Shown: positions 1-13,900 of the stretch, piece after piece
Numbering within the stretch: position 1 is the stretch's first letter
Layout: the number at the start of each line of letters is the position of its first letter
Assembly: GCF_003918875.1 (NCBI RefSeq)
Contig: NW_025765359.1
Location: 620,001 to 684,000, forward strand
DNA: 64,000 bases
DNA from: Haliotis rubra
Taxonomy: Eukaryota
Direction of reading: 5' to 3'
Position numbers and translations under genes: made by a program
The notes under the pieces: model-generated
Databases searched by the model: none
The model's input: the letters and a program-made list of their open reading frames with translations, nothing else
What the model was told of the DNA's origin: nothing

Positions 1-3000
1 AGAATTATGTTCATAATCGACTCTCGATAACTGGCCAAAGAATTATCTTTGGCACCACGGGTTATTCCATCTTTTTGTATTCCGGAAGTTCATAGATCTT
101 TTGGATGGCATCATCATTTACTAATTATATCTTTAAGAACAAGGACTGAAAATCATTTCAGAATATTTTTAACCAAATGATTGCTCTAGTTTATTCATAA
201 TTCCAATCAGCCTCGCGCATTTGGAAATGTATCTTTAAAGTCAAAACCTATTCCCTTTGTGTATGCCCTGGTTTGGTAAAGAAAGGTCATCTTAGCGATA
301 CAACTAGCTTAGCAACACATTTATGTGCAACCATGGGGCAAGATCATCTTGACAATCCATAAAGGACACATTAAGGAACTGCAAGCATGTCTTGGAGGTG
401 TGGCTATACGTGTTGCTATGCATCATCAATCGTCTTCAAACACACCCACCGCAGACAACTACACTTCAGTACAGATGTTGAAAGGCGTGGGTACACCATC
501 ATGAATGTTTACAATCCATCTGCCATCGGTTTGTTGAACATTAAAGCCTCTCAAAATTACGAGAATGTTTTTAATTTAGTGGTTTTCTCCTCTGACGACT
601 GTTCATGGTGCAAGCCATTTCTACGAGGTAATCTCATTTTAAAAATCAAAGTTACGGAACATGAAAATATAAGAAGATGGCTGAAACCTTTCAAACCCAT
701 CCATCAATGCTGCTTTTTGTACCTCTGTGACGTAATTACGTCAAGACCTACCGCTATTATATCTCTGCTTGAGCTAACTTATTCTGCATATTTACATCTT
801 GTTCAGAAGTACACATAAGACATTATGAACCAGATCCAAGGTTTAATTTGTTAGCACTAAATATCCTCATTACCAAAATGTCTCTTAACTGCACTGTGTC
901 AGGGTCCTCCCTGAAAACACACTCTGGATACTGACCTGCCGTGACTTGTATATTATGTATCGAAGTATACCCATGTGTATGACTTAAGTGTTACCCTGAC
1001 ATAGCTTTAATGGCTTGCCTAATATCCTTATGGTGGCACATTTACACGATGGTGTTCTTTCTTTGAAGATAGAATTTGTTGCCAAGGTAACACAGACTGA
1101 ATGTTTGTTTTAAGCAAAGGAAAACAACTCAATCATTGAAATACCAAGTGCCAAGACAAGGGACTAAAATATGAAGGAAAGGATCGCCAATGTGTGTTCT
1201 TTGCCTGTCGCCATAAAAGATGAACTTTGTATTTGTGACGTCAGAAAACAGTCTCTTCGTCCAGCATCTACACTCGGATCTTTCACACACTCCGAAACAG
1301 ACGCCTCTTCAAGGTTTCCCTTAGTTCCCGTACGAGAATAGTGTCTTGGAAGAACCATCCTTCGTAGTTCAACCCTTCTGTTTTTAATCCAGTTCCTAAA
1401 GGTATACTTGCTATTTTCTTAGATTTGGATACCTTTGACTGTGGGTGTCATCCGCTCTTGCACTCTCATCTTGGATGTATTGCCAAACTGAAGCTACCTG
1501 TGATTACATAATGGGCTTTGTGATGAATGAAGCTACCCCTAGCCTGTCATCTTATTACTGGCGTAAAGTGTGAAATGTTAACGTAATTGGAGTATTGTGT
1601 TGCCAAGTGTTACACAGACGGATCTAAACTGGATGTATTCCGTACTATAGTTGTTAGACAAGAAGGTCATTTCTACTGGAGTTTGCCTCAGTGTTAAACA
1701 TACGGAATATTTCATCCAGTCAGCATCGCAGCTACACTGTAAGAAGATGTACCCACAAATCAAAATTCATCATGTTCAGGTAATGTCATCTTTCATTTAT
1801 GAACCTGCTTCTTTCAGGGTTGTTTTTATGCTTGAATTAATTGAAGCAGCAGAACAGGATTGTTGCCATGTTTCTCAATGGATGTGGACCACACTGAGGA
1901 TGTAGAAGACTTGGATACAGTAGCAGCTGACCAGTGAGGTGTACAGTCGTTGCCATTGCGATCAATCATCAACTTCTACATGGCCGTTGCTTAGCAATTT
2001 CATCGTGACATATTTAACTAATTTTTCTCAGGCACCTAGTTCTTTTTTCAGGTCAAATTTCATATGTCCACTCAGAGAATACTGTTGTTGAATGTTGAAT
2101 TTAGGTTGGTATTGTCCTTGAAAACCATCCCTTTAGCTTATGGAATCTTAAAATCAAGTTCTTGGGCCATCAGGTTCAGTTACCTTTTGTGTGTGGTATC
2201 ATCAGAGTATCACGTCATCAGGTGTTCATCCCTTCTGTGCACAGTGTCCTAAGACTTGGGCCTTTTGGCCATCGGGTTCACTTAACGTTTTCGTATGGTT
2301 TCCTCAGGCTAGGGCATTTGGGTCATCCGATAAGCATCCCTTTGTGCATGGCATCCTAAGACTAGGTCAAGCGGGCATTCCCTCTAGTTTGTGATCTACG
2401 CAAAACTGTACGTAATAGATATATCTGTATTTAGAATCTAGAATTACCTTGTAATATATTACAAACATACTTATGCTGAAAAATGAGAGAATTTTTGTTC
2501 TGAATTTTGAATCCTTGAGAACCTTCTTCAATCCCTGGGCCCATATATACATATACATATATAGCCATTGTTTTTGTTCCGAATAGTACTCATGCAAATC
2601 TCTTACAAAAAATTGAAATTAAAATAATCAAACCGAGATCAGTTAATATATTTATGAAAGTTCACAGTGGTTAAGGTAAGCTACAGTGCATAACAACATT
2701 GTTTGGAAACAGGTGCATTTGGTCCTGTGATAAACATTGCTATTCCTATATTACCCAGTGTAAAGGTAAATTTGTGGTACAAAAATTCTCATTCGCCATT
2801 TCAGTGCTCGGCATATAGCATTGTCAGGAATTTGAGCACCTGTGGATTGGCAACTGAGCAGAGAATGGGTTAATACTTCTGAGTAGAGCTCTTCCTTGGC
2901 CTCAGTGAGCCTCAGGGACAAAGCCACTTATTCCAGCAGTAATTTGATAGCATTTCCTCTTAATGGATCATAAATGTAATTTCTTGAAACAGCTAGGAGT

Positions 3001-6000
3001 AAGATAGCACCAGCCATATATGCTCTACTGTAGGTTTGGAACATGAGATGGTTCATTGCAGCTAGAAGGGCGTATACAGTCCCTGGCTAAACCTCTGATG
3101 AGGAAGACATATTCTTGTGTTCTAGAACAGTTTGGAAAATGGGTGTTCCAAAATAGTCTGTACTTCAGTCTTTCTCAGTACAAGTGACGCAGAACAGTAC
3201 CCAAGGAATGTGGTTCCATCTTACACTGGAACTATCTTTAGTTAATGCTTGAGTTCATCTCAGTTCCAATTACGTCTGACAGAAATGGCAGAAACATACC
3301 TTTAAAATGAGGACTTGCGTCATAATGAATTTAGTTGTTGATGTTAATCATGATTATTTGGAGTATTTGGCAAGGAGAATTTGGACATATTCTTCTATAT
3401 TTACCTCCCTGTCATTAACATATGCAAACATGCCAAGTGATATGCAACTTAGCAATGAAGAGTGCAAGGATAAGGAACAACCCAGTTTATGATGGGCTCT
3501 TTCAGTGATAAATGTAAATGATTTTCCCAAGTAGTAAATTATTGCTGAGTCAGGGATTTGTTTAGGTCATGTTGACCTAAGTGAAAAGTACATGTATACC
3601 CTGCCTACATGATGAATTAGAAAATTGTGACTGGTTATAAAATCAATACATAATAAATATGATACATCTAGTCTGAACCTGATTTCTTTTCTAAACCATC
3701 TTTCAGTAAATATTCACTCTTTGGTCATTTAATGCGTTTTTAGTTTAAATTAATATAATATTTACATATTATAAATTCTCATTTTAGTTGGGTGATTTCA
3801 AATAAGTATAGAAATGTATTCGCTGTGTCGCTGTATGTTTAATTTGCACACTGACATAAAATGATTTATGTTTGCACAAATATATCAAGCACATAGGGTG
3901 TTATCAAAAGTCTGCAAAACACTTTTAAGCCCAAACTTATCAGATATCTTCTTCAATATGCATACTTATTGGATCAATGTATTGGTTAATGAACAAAAAC
4001 TGATGTTATGACAGGGATTATTGGTCTGATTGATTTTTGTTACCACTGCAAACAAACAAAAACGCCAGAAAAAGCAATAGTATAGGAATCATGAAAAAAA
4101 GTCAACTTCCATAAATATTGGATCAATATTAGTAAGTGAAGCACGTACAATGGATCTCTAAATGTTCAGTTAGCTTTGGAATGTGTGAATTTCGATGTTA
4201 CATTGAACGAATTAAACACAAACTCATTGCCACTGAAAACCAAGCTCTTGTGGTGCAAAATGAGGAGTTGAAGAGTTGAGAAAAACATTTAAACCATTTA
4301 TTGGTTTTCAGCAACATTAAGTTTTGCTAATGACATGCAATGAATATGTATGAATGGCAACACTAATTAATATGGACATAATTAAGCTGGCGTTATAAGG
4401 AGGCCATGCGTGCATGTGTCTGTGGAGTCTGTTGCTGTTCTGGCTTGGCTTCAAGAATGTGGGCGCTTGTGGTCTCGATCAGACTATATCTGTCTTGCCT
4501 CCACATCACAAGTACGATTTCTTAACAAGGGAAACATGTGCTACCTTCCTGAAACCAAATTATTCTTGACATTATAGACCTGAAATGTACTTATGAACCT
4601 AACGAGGATGAATAATTGTTAAACTCTGCATACACAATTATATTGATGTAGCAACTGTGACGTTTTTGTTTGGTTACAGCATAAAACGGAATTTAATGAC
4701 AAAGCATCATTGACTATGTCAATGAATATTGATGCAAGTTTTTGTTGTGAAAGAACAAAGTTAGTGAAAAAACACAATTATTCCCATGATATTCAACTGT
4801 TATCATGATTGCTTACACTGTGAAATCCTACCAGCAAACATTCGTCAAAATCAGACTAATCATTTCCTCATGTTATAATTAGTTTAAAATGTTCAACCTT
4901 TATTTCTCTAAAAATAGGAATAGCTGAAAGCTTTATAGCGTTTTAACATTGTTTTAAAATCCTATGGCCAAGAAAAATTATTTTTAAGCTCTTGGGATTT
5001 GTTATGTTGAGAATGTTGTTTGTGAGATGGATGCTGGCTCAACAAGAAAGAAATCCCGGACCAATTAATTAGTCAAAACACACAAGCCTCTTCTGGCCTT
5101 TAACATTCACAGAAAAATCGTTTTTGATTACTTTTGCACTCATAGACTTCACTACCTTTAAGACATCCCATTCCAGAAACACAGCTCTATGCAACATATA
5201 AGCAAACAATGATACGATTTGGACTTGTGCCCAGCTGGGGTCCACAAAATTCATTTTACAGATATAATCAGTTCTTAAGAATATATTACCGCAGGTTTGT
5301 AGGAGACCAAAATGTCTGTGTCTCACAAAAACTTCACCAATCATGTCGATGCTCTAATCTCTGCATGGCAAAGTAGTCGATTTTCTCAGCAATGTTCTCC
5401 ACGCTGGTTATAGAGTCAACAAACCTAATGCTGCTTTCCTGCCAACTTCTTATAGGAGTATCAGTTACCAGCAGGTACCAGAAATATCTCGTATTTTCCA
5501 CACAACTCCCTTCACAAATACCAAGAGTGTTTGTCAAACTCTCCTGTTCCATACTACAGTTTTTTAAAGGTATAAAAATCCAAATGTCTATTATTATATC
5601 AAGCACTAAATGTGAAAGTTGAAACAAGATTGGTTTTGCTTGTGTAAAGCACAACAGAGATTGCAAGCGTGGGTTTTTCACATTAAATTCCATTGCCTGT
5701 CTTTAAATGCTTATGATTTTTAGTAAACTGGACCCTAGTTTTCCATGGTGCATATAAGCAGATAAGGAATTAAATCTTTCTAGCATGAATATCTCAGGTA
5801 CCAGTTCCAGTGAAGACAATTTGTTTTAAACTGGATAGGAGTCAAAATAAGCTTAGTCATGTTGGTAAAAGGAAAAAATCTTACAGATGTCATAATAATG
5901 TGTATTTTCATGGTGACACAAAATGAAATTATTTACAGTATTAAGTTTAAGTTTGTGAGAAAGACATAAATTGTATGTTTTTCTTTAAATACATGTCAAT

Positions 6001-6756
6001 ACCATGACTATCAAATGAAATCCATTTATCACAAGTTTCCACAAAGAGTGTCCATTGTCTAACTATTTTACTGTGGCAGTATTTTCTACTGTTCGTTTTT
6101 TATTACAGATTAACATGAAGTGTGGTAAGAATGAGCTTCATAATAATATTTTCAGCTTTTCATCATGATGCTACTCTTACAAACTTGCCCCTACAATATA
6201 TATTGCAATTGAAGGGATTATCATTTTCAATAACTTCACAAAACTAAGGGTAAATATGGACTGGGTAAAGAGGTACTGACTCTCTTTCTTAACTGTCCAA
6301 AGTGTGCTGGAAATATGTAATTGTCATCTGCCCTTAGTCAGGCTCAGAAATAAATGATCTGACTGGCTACCAGGTTGTAACATGTCATGGTATCCCAGTT
6401 GTGTAGACAGATGTTCATTATATCAATCACTGGATTGGCTTGTCCATGTTGATTATGTTCACACTGCTGCCATATAACTGAAATATTGCTGAGTGCAGTA
6501 CAACAATAAAAGAGTGATGTCACTGAAGAAAACAGTTTGTGGTTGTACTACAACGTGCTTTGATGATATCCTAAACAGGAAGATGACAGCAGGAGGATGT
6601 CTAAATCGGCAAAGGGGAAAAGCGATGGACCAATCCTGGCAGAGAAGCCTGGAAATGTTGTGGTACAAGAAGGTTAGTATGGCATTGAAAGAACTCATTT
6701 GACAGCACTGACCTGACAAAACAGTTGTAGAGTGATAGTAAATGTTTTCTCTACAA

Positions 6757-6891
6757 CTGACTGACTGACTGAGTTTGGATTTACGCCGCTTTTAGCAATA
6801 TTCCAGCAACATCATGGCGGGGGACACCAGAAATGGGCTTCACATATTGTACCCATGTGGGGATTCGAACCTGGGTCTTCGGCACCGCCCC
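6757..6891 (-). mobile_element. tRNA-derived SINE family A, internally deleted
   Basis: family core, (CAGT)n tail, flanking repeat GTTTTCTCTA. Confidence 0.85.
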
Positions 6892-7004
6892 GTTTTCTCT
6901 AAAAACTCAACCAGATAACATTTGCGGTTTTGGCTCAGTGGTATATTGAATAAAGAATTTAACATATGGGTATATCAAATAGTGAATATGACTGATGAAT
7001 ATGC

Positions 7005-7460
7005 TAAATAGTGAATTTGACAGATGGGTATATTGAATAGTGAATTGACAAAGGGGAATATGGACCAGTGAATGTGACAGATTGGTGTATTGAATAGTGA
7101 ATTTGACAGAGGGGAATATGGACTAGTGAATGTGACAAATTGGTGTATTGAATAGTGAATTTGACAGAGGGGAATTTGAACAAGTGAATGTGAGAGACTG
7201 GTATACTGAATAGTGAATTTGACAGAGGGGAATATGGACTAGTGAATGTGACAGATTGGTGTATTGAATAGTGAATTTGACAGAGGGGAAATTTGAACAA
7301 GTGAATGTGAGAGACTGGTATATTGAATAGTGAATTTAACAGAGGGGAATATGGACCAGTGAATGTGACCGATTGGTATATTGAATAGTGAATTTGAGAG
7401 AGGGGAATTTGGACCAGTGAATGTGACAGACTGGTATACTGAATAGTGAATTTGACAGAT
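7005..7460. repeat. minisatellite, ~58-60-bp unit
   Basis: TATTGAATAGTGAATTTGACAGAGGGGAATATGGACCAGTGAATGTGACAGATTGGTG, about 7-8 copies. Confidence 0.92.
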
Positions 7461-7676
7461 GAGTGTTTTCAATATTAATATTAACAAACAATACATGGAA
7501 TGGGCAATTTGACAAACTAATCAAGGGTGAATTTTACTGAATGGTATATTACAAAGGGAATTTTGACTGATGTGTGTCTTAAATATTTAATTTGACATTA
7601 CTGTTGGTACTTAATACTGCCAAAATATGTATATCGACGATATCTAGTCCCACACTGTATCGACCTTCTCACACAG

Positions 7677-7916
7677 GCAAGGATCTCAGGGTCCAGTTCA
7701 AGCTGGACCTTCAAGGGAAGCCCCCACCAAGTGTGCGTATATTCCGAGCAGGAAGAGAGGTGCGTGAAGACACAAGGACCAGCATTGTGGCAGAAAAGGG
7801 TAACTGTTATCTCGAGATCAAGAAGACTCGCATCCAGGATGAGGCTAAATACTCTGTTGTCCTGGAACAAAATGGGATGAAAACTGATGAGGCAACATTC
7901 AGTGTGTTCATTAAGG
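7677..7916 (+). CDS. unc-22: twitchin exon, Ig7 (GKDLRVQFKL...TFSVFIK)
   Basis: cacag|GC acceptor, G|gtaag donor, I-set motif DEAKYSV, phase 1-1. Confidence 0.9.
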
Positions 7917-10900
7917 GTAAGCTGTTTGACAAGTGATGTCATTACGTTGTTTGACAAGTGATGTCATTATGTTTGTTTGACAAGTGATGTCATTATGCTT
8001 GTGATGGCATTGTGTTCATTAAGGGTAAGCTGTGTGACAAGTGATGTCATTACATTTGTTTGACAAGTGATGTCATAATGTTTGTTAAGGGTAAGCTGTT
8101 TCACAAGTGATGTCAGTATATTTGTTATGGGCACCAGTAAGCTATTGTAAAATTGAGTCATTTATGGTCCCATTCATTACTGTGGCTTCAAGAGCATTAT
8201 AAACAGTGAGCATAAAGAATATATATGTTTTATCTGATTTATGTAAATTATATTCAAAGTAATCTGTTTTTGCAGATTATCAAGGCTGGTTTGAAGTTTA
8301 ATGTTTATAATATCAGGAGACATGCCTATTAGGATTCTATATGGCTGTGGACAAATCATGTCATTTCATTATGACAAAATATAAACAAAGTTTCTGAAAT
8401 GCTACAGTTTAAACACTTCTATCTTTATGAAGTAAACATGATTAATATGTTTTATTTTAGATCCCAAGGATTCAGCCCTGGATTTCCGGTCTCTGCTGAA
8501 ACACAGGTACTAGTCTAAAGGGAGTAACACTTTAGTGAGTGAGTGGGTGAGTTGAGATTTACGCTACTTTGAGCAATATTCCAGCAATATCATGGTGGGG
8601 GGTCACCAGAAATGGGCTTCACACATTGGGGAAATGAACCCGGACTTTTGGCGTGATGAGCAAACACTTTAACCACTAGGCTAACTCACCGCCCTGAATA
8701 ACACTTTAAGCTGTCCAACAAAGGCTTCCCCGATTAAATTTTTATGTCTTCAGCTTAGTGGTTAAAGTGTTCACAGGTTATGCCGAAGACCAGGTTTGAT
8801 TCCCCACATCTGTACAGTGTGCAAAACCCATTTCTGGTATCCCCTGCTATGATATTGCTGAAATAATGCTGAAAGCAGTGTAAAACTAAACTCATTCACT
8901 CACTATGCTTGTATGCTTCACCAAAGTGATAAACATTAAAGACCTGCCTTACATCAAAATTTTCTCGGGCAGTGTGGTAGCCTAGTGGTTAAAGCGTTCG
9001 CTCGTCACACTGAAGGCCCAGGTTTGATTCCCCACATGGGTACAATGTGTGAAGCCCATTTCTGGTGTCCCCCTCCGTGATATTGCTGGAATATTGCTAA
9101 AAGCGGCATAATACCATACTCAGTCAGTCAAAACCGCCTCCGTGGTGTAGTGGTTAGAGCGTCCGCCCGGAGAACGGAAGGTCGCGGGTTCGATCCCCGA
9201 CCGCGTCATACCAAAAGACGTTAAAATATGGTACTTGTTGGTCCCTGCCTGGCGCTCGGCATTAATGGGTACAACAAGGACTGGTCGGCTCGGAGTCAGT
9301 ATAATGTGTCTGAGTGGGGTATTCATGCTTCACTGCGACATGGTATCTCAGTGGGCTAGCACTATAAAACCAGCTTAAGTCTGGGCTAGTACAAGCAGCT
9401 GCACATACACATACACATGCATGCACGTCGTCATATGAGCGAAATATTCTCAAGTACGACGTTAAACCCAATTTCACCTCACCTCACCTCACCTCAGTCA
9501 GTCAAACCTTTCTGATACTGATTGTTCAAAATATGATGGCTCTTCCTATGAATCCTTTCAGGGACACGGGCAAGAAAGAGGAGGAGGATGACGGCGTCGA
9601 CTGGGGAAATCTCAAACCAGGTGAGTTCCGATACCTTCATGAACTCTCATGTCATGCAGTGATCAAAATGCACATCACATGTGTATAATTATCATCATAA
9701 GACACACAGACGTACTGTTGTTTCCCGGAAACATGGTTAAGATTTGTGTCTCACCATGCATCTTGTGACATACTTTACCTCTCGTGAACACCTGGTGTCA
9801 TCTGCTTTAAATCTTCCATCATACTTTCACAACTACTTTGCCTTTTGGACCCAGTTTAATCTGTTTCACCAGATAATTAAAAATGATTATTTTCCAAGAT
9901 TTCAAAGTGCTATCCAGAAGATTGGATTAAGTACTATCAATTCTAATTAACATTTGGAACACAAGATTTGAATTCTTTCTTTCCATTACAAGCATCTTTG
10001 AGTATCTATAACAATATTTTGCTTGCTTACCAATGCAAATTTCAGTTACTAATATCAGATAAAAGCTATAAGCCGTTGTAAAGAAACTCTTTAACAGTTT
10101 TAATATCACTGGATGTTCTTACTGTTTTATTATTCTTCCTTGCCAAAGTTATGATTAATGCCCACTGGTTTGGTATGTCACAAATTCATCATTGCACAAT
10201 ATGTGAGTATATATGTATATGTGCAGCCTTTGCCATGGACATCTCAAAGTTTTTCATTTCCATTTATGTCCTTAAATGTCACAAATGTTTTTGTACTTTC
10301 TCTGTTTATGTGTCTGTGCGTTCACAACAGTGTTCTTCATGTTCAACATAGTGTGTTCATGTTAAATACAATGTGTTCATGTTAAATACAATGTGTTCAT
10401 GTTAAATACAATGTGTTCATGTTAAATACAATATGGATGTTTGACACAAAGTGTTTTGTTCAACACAATGTGATGTTTGAGACAATGTGATTCATTTTCA
10501 ACACAATACGGATGCTTGACACAATGTGTTTATGCATAGCACAATATGAATATTTGACACAATTTGTTCATCTTCAAGACAATATGGATGCTTGACACAA
10601 TGTGTTTATGCATAGCACAGTATGAATATTCAAAATAATGTCTTCAACACAATATTGATGTTTGACACAATGTGTTTCATGCTCAACACAATATTAATGT
10701 TTGACACAATGTAAGTCATGCTCACGACACAATGCATTGCAGCATAATCCACATGATGCTATTCAACACTAAATATGCAACACGCTAATAGCTATCACAG
10801 AAATATTCATGCTTTTTGATTCAAATAAGCAAGTTTTGCGTGTACTGTTTCACCAATGCACAAAACTACATAATATTTCATTTGTCTTTTTCCTTTTTCC

Positions 10901-13900
10901 AGAGGAAGGTATTTATATGTCTGTCTGTCTGTATGTTTGTAGCTTATATGTCTGTTGATGTATTCAGTTAGCTGCGACATTAGCCAATATTTCTTTTCTA
11001 AACATGATAACACCTCTTGATAGCCCTATCTCTAACCATCTAAACCTCGACATTTCTGTGCACTATCTGGAATCTCATCTTGTTCTCAAATCTTTTTAAT
11101 CTGCTAAATATTCTTGACATCTCTCCTTAACAATGTTTACTAATGAATCTGATATTATGAATCTCATTTTCTCTTTACAAAAATATACAAATAATATTCT
11201 TGATTAGGAAAAACTGAATGCAATATCTTTCTTATATTTGAATAATTCATAAATTATACATCAATTTTTCAAAATCTATAATCATGAAGTTACAAGAAGT
11301 TGTAATTACACATTAATCACATTTACAAAATGTCACTCTAGTTCTAATTCTAACAGTGTTTTAATTAAAAATAATATTTCTCATCTTTTGAAAATAATAT
11401 TGAATGACTCTGTTATATACCTCCAATAAAACCTCCCTTCCAGCTATGATAAGCTTATTATGTATATGTACTGCAGCTGACCAGTTCTGTATATAATACA
11501 TGTCGTATATGTTGTTGTCTGTGTTGGTGGTGCTAATGGCAATATGCACTATACTGACTATTGTCACTTTGTGTCCATGTAACATACCAGTAACGGTTAC
11601 AATACCATGTTGCCAACGTTGATAGTAATTGTCAACAATTTTAATGTTACATTGTTACAATGTTGCCAACACTGATGATGGTGGATGGTCATGTTGCCAA
11701 CATTGATTTTAATAGTAATGGTTAATCTTTCTAACAAGATTGCCATATTGCCAAGATCGATTGCATTTTTTAAAGCCATAAACCTTCTTGAGTTTAAGTA
11801 GAAAGTTTAGAAAGACATAAAGTTGGCTTCATTTAGACTAGCTAATTTCAAAATCCTTGTCAGTATTCTCTACAATATTTTAATTCTAGTAACAACAGGG
11901 GCGGTGGGGTAGCCTAGTGGTTAAAGCGTTGGCTCGTCACACCGAAGACCCGGGTTCGAATCCCCACATGGATACAATGTGTGAAGCCCATTTCTGGTGT
12001 TCCCCCGCTGTGATGTTGCTGGAATATTGCTAAAAGCGGTGTAAAACTAACATCAGTCAGTCAGTCTAGTAACAACATTATAACAAATGGTACCATTAGA
12101 TCAGAGTGTGCCACTTCTTCATCAACACTCGATGTCACCACAATTTGATAATGATTCATAAATATATGACAACATTGGAATTGTTGGAATTTCTTTTGAT
12201 CATTAAAATGGTGACATGAAGTTATTTAAATCTCATAGTAACAGTCAGTGTCATACTGGCAATGATGTTGGCAACATCGGGTGGTAACCATATTTCATAT
12301 ATTTTTGTTTTGTTTTGTAATCTCATCATATCATTGTTGCGTTGTCCTTCTGTTCGCCATCTTAAAGTGTTTTCTGTTGGCCATCTTCATCCTTGTAGTA
12401 CTTACATTGAACAACAACATAGAACACTGACTGGGCCAGCCCTGTTATTTGTGATGATCCTTACTAAATCCTTGCATATGAAAAGGAACAGATGATGTCT
12501 GATAGTTATTTCAACTTCCTCAGTCTGTGACTACAATTATCTTCTCATTCACTTATGATTGAGAAAGGAAGATGGGCTCGACTAAAACTAGCTTTAGAAA
12601 ACCGATTATGTCCTTTTTGGAAAAATGACATAGAGGATTAATATCATGTTATCATAGTTTGTCCTAACTATTTGACATTTAGACGTTGCTACATACCTCT
12701 GGACGTATACAAGTCTCCAAACATGATGAAGTTTATAAATCTTTTACAAACCAAAGTTGAAGTATTAACCTTCAACCTAACCAAATTTGTTTATCACATA
12801 TTTCAGGTTATGCAAAACTATAATTTGAATTATCCATGAGTGTTATCTTCTTTCTAGTGCTGCCTTTTGTCACGAAAGGTCTTTGTAAATGTTGGCAATG
12901 CGCTTTTGAAACTATGTAAAAATGTATTTTGTCATATTGGCTGTTGGCCTATTAAAGAAATAAACGTATTGATTCTGTGACCTTAGCTTCTGGTCTGAAG
13001 CCCAAGTGTAGCAGAATTCTATTGATTCTTGTGAACTCGGAAAACCATAAACTTTAAGGAAAAGGATGCTTAGAAGTATAAGGTCACAGGTTTAGGGCAC
13101 AGACTGTTTCAATATTATTCAAGGTCAACCAGAAAAATGTAAGTTTGCTATTGACACAGCATTGAAAACAAAATTTACTATAGTCTTCTTACTTCATATC
13201 CTGATCAAACATCAGACATTCTTCTATTTTGAATAAAGCTTCTTAAAAAATCAATTATTTCTGCATCTGGTCTCCATCAAAAAAATTTTACCTGAATTTT
13301 GGGAAATATGATAGTAAAGATAATGGTTAAAAAACTAAAAGCTGCTGTTCAAAAAAGATTTACCAAAATATGTTCAACACTGATTTTTGCATTATCTGAT
13401 CTTATCGTTACACAACTGTTTTGTCCTTTACTCCAAATTGATCTATTTCGGCAGACAATCAAGACATATTGTGGTTATATTCAATTTGATATTTAAGAAT
13501 AACAATGCTGTTGTATTAAATATTTCACCTAAGACACATTTTGGAAAGAATTAGACAATACTTCCCTGTGCTCGCCAAAAAGTACTTTTTCTGATGACAG
13601 GACACATAAAAGACCTTGACCCCTTGACCACAGTGACCTTGACATATAGAAACATTTTTCGTCCTGCTATCATCCATCAATTAAACTAAACACTCATTCC
13701 TCCCATGACTTATTTATCAAATCAATTTGCATAATTCTTTTATCGTACCATCAGTCTAGATCTTCACATTCCATCCCATACCACTGTACATTCATTTAGA
13801 CTAGTATTAATAATTTTTATCCCATTTCAGTGATTTATTTATGCTGGTTCATTTGCAACAAAGTGCTTGACCATTTTGCTTTCATGACCTGAAAATATTG

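Noticed and set aside
387-818. 143-aa + strand ORF
   Set aside because: No recognisable domain and no twitchin-like Ig motifs or fitting splice sites; cannot be supported without a search
1164-1500. Possible decayed antisense coding sequence (GWFFQDTILVRELRETLKRRLF)
   Set aside because: Stops in all frames; the resemblance to a UBL helix is too weak to support
9133-9205. tRNA gene (A and B boxes, cloverleaf-like 5' end)
   Set aside because: It is the head of a multi-copy SINE with body, simple-repeat tail and TSD; the same applies to all family A and D heads
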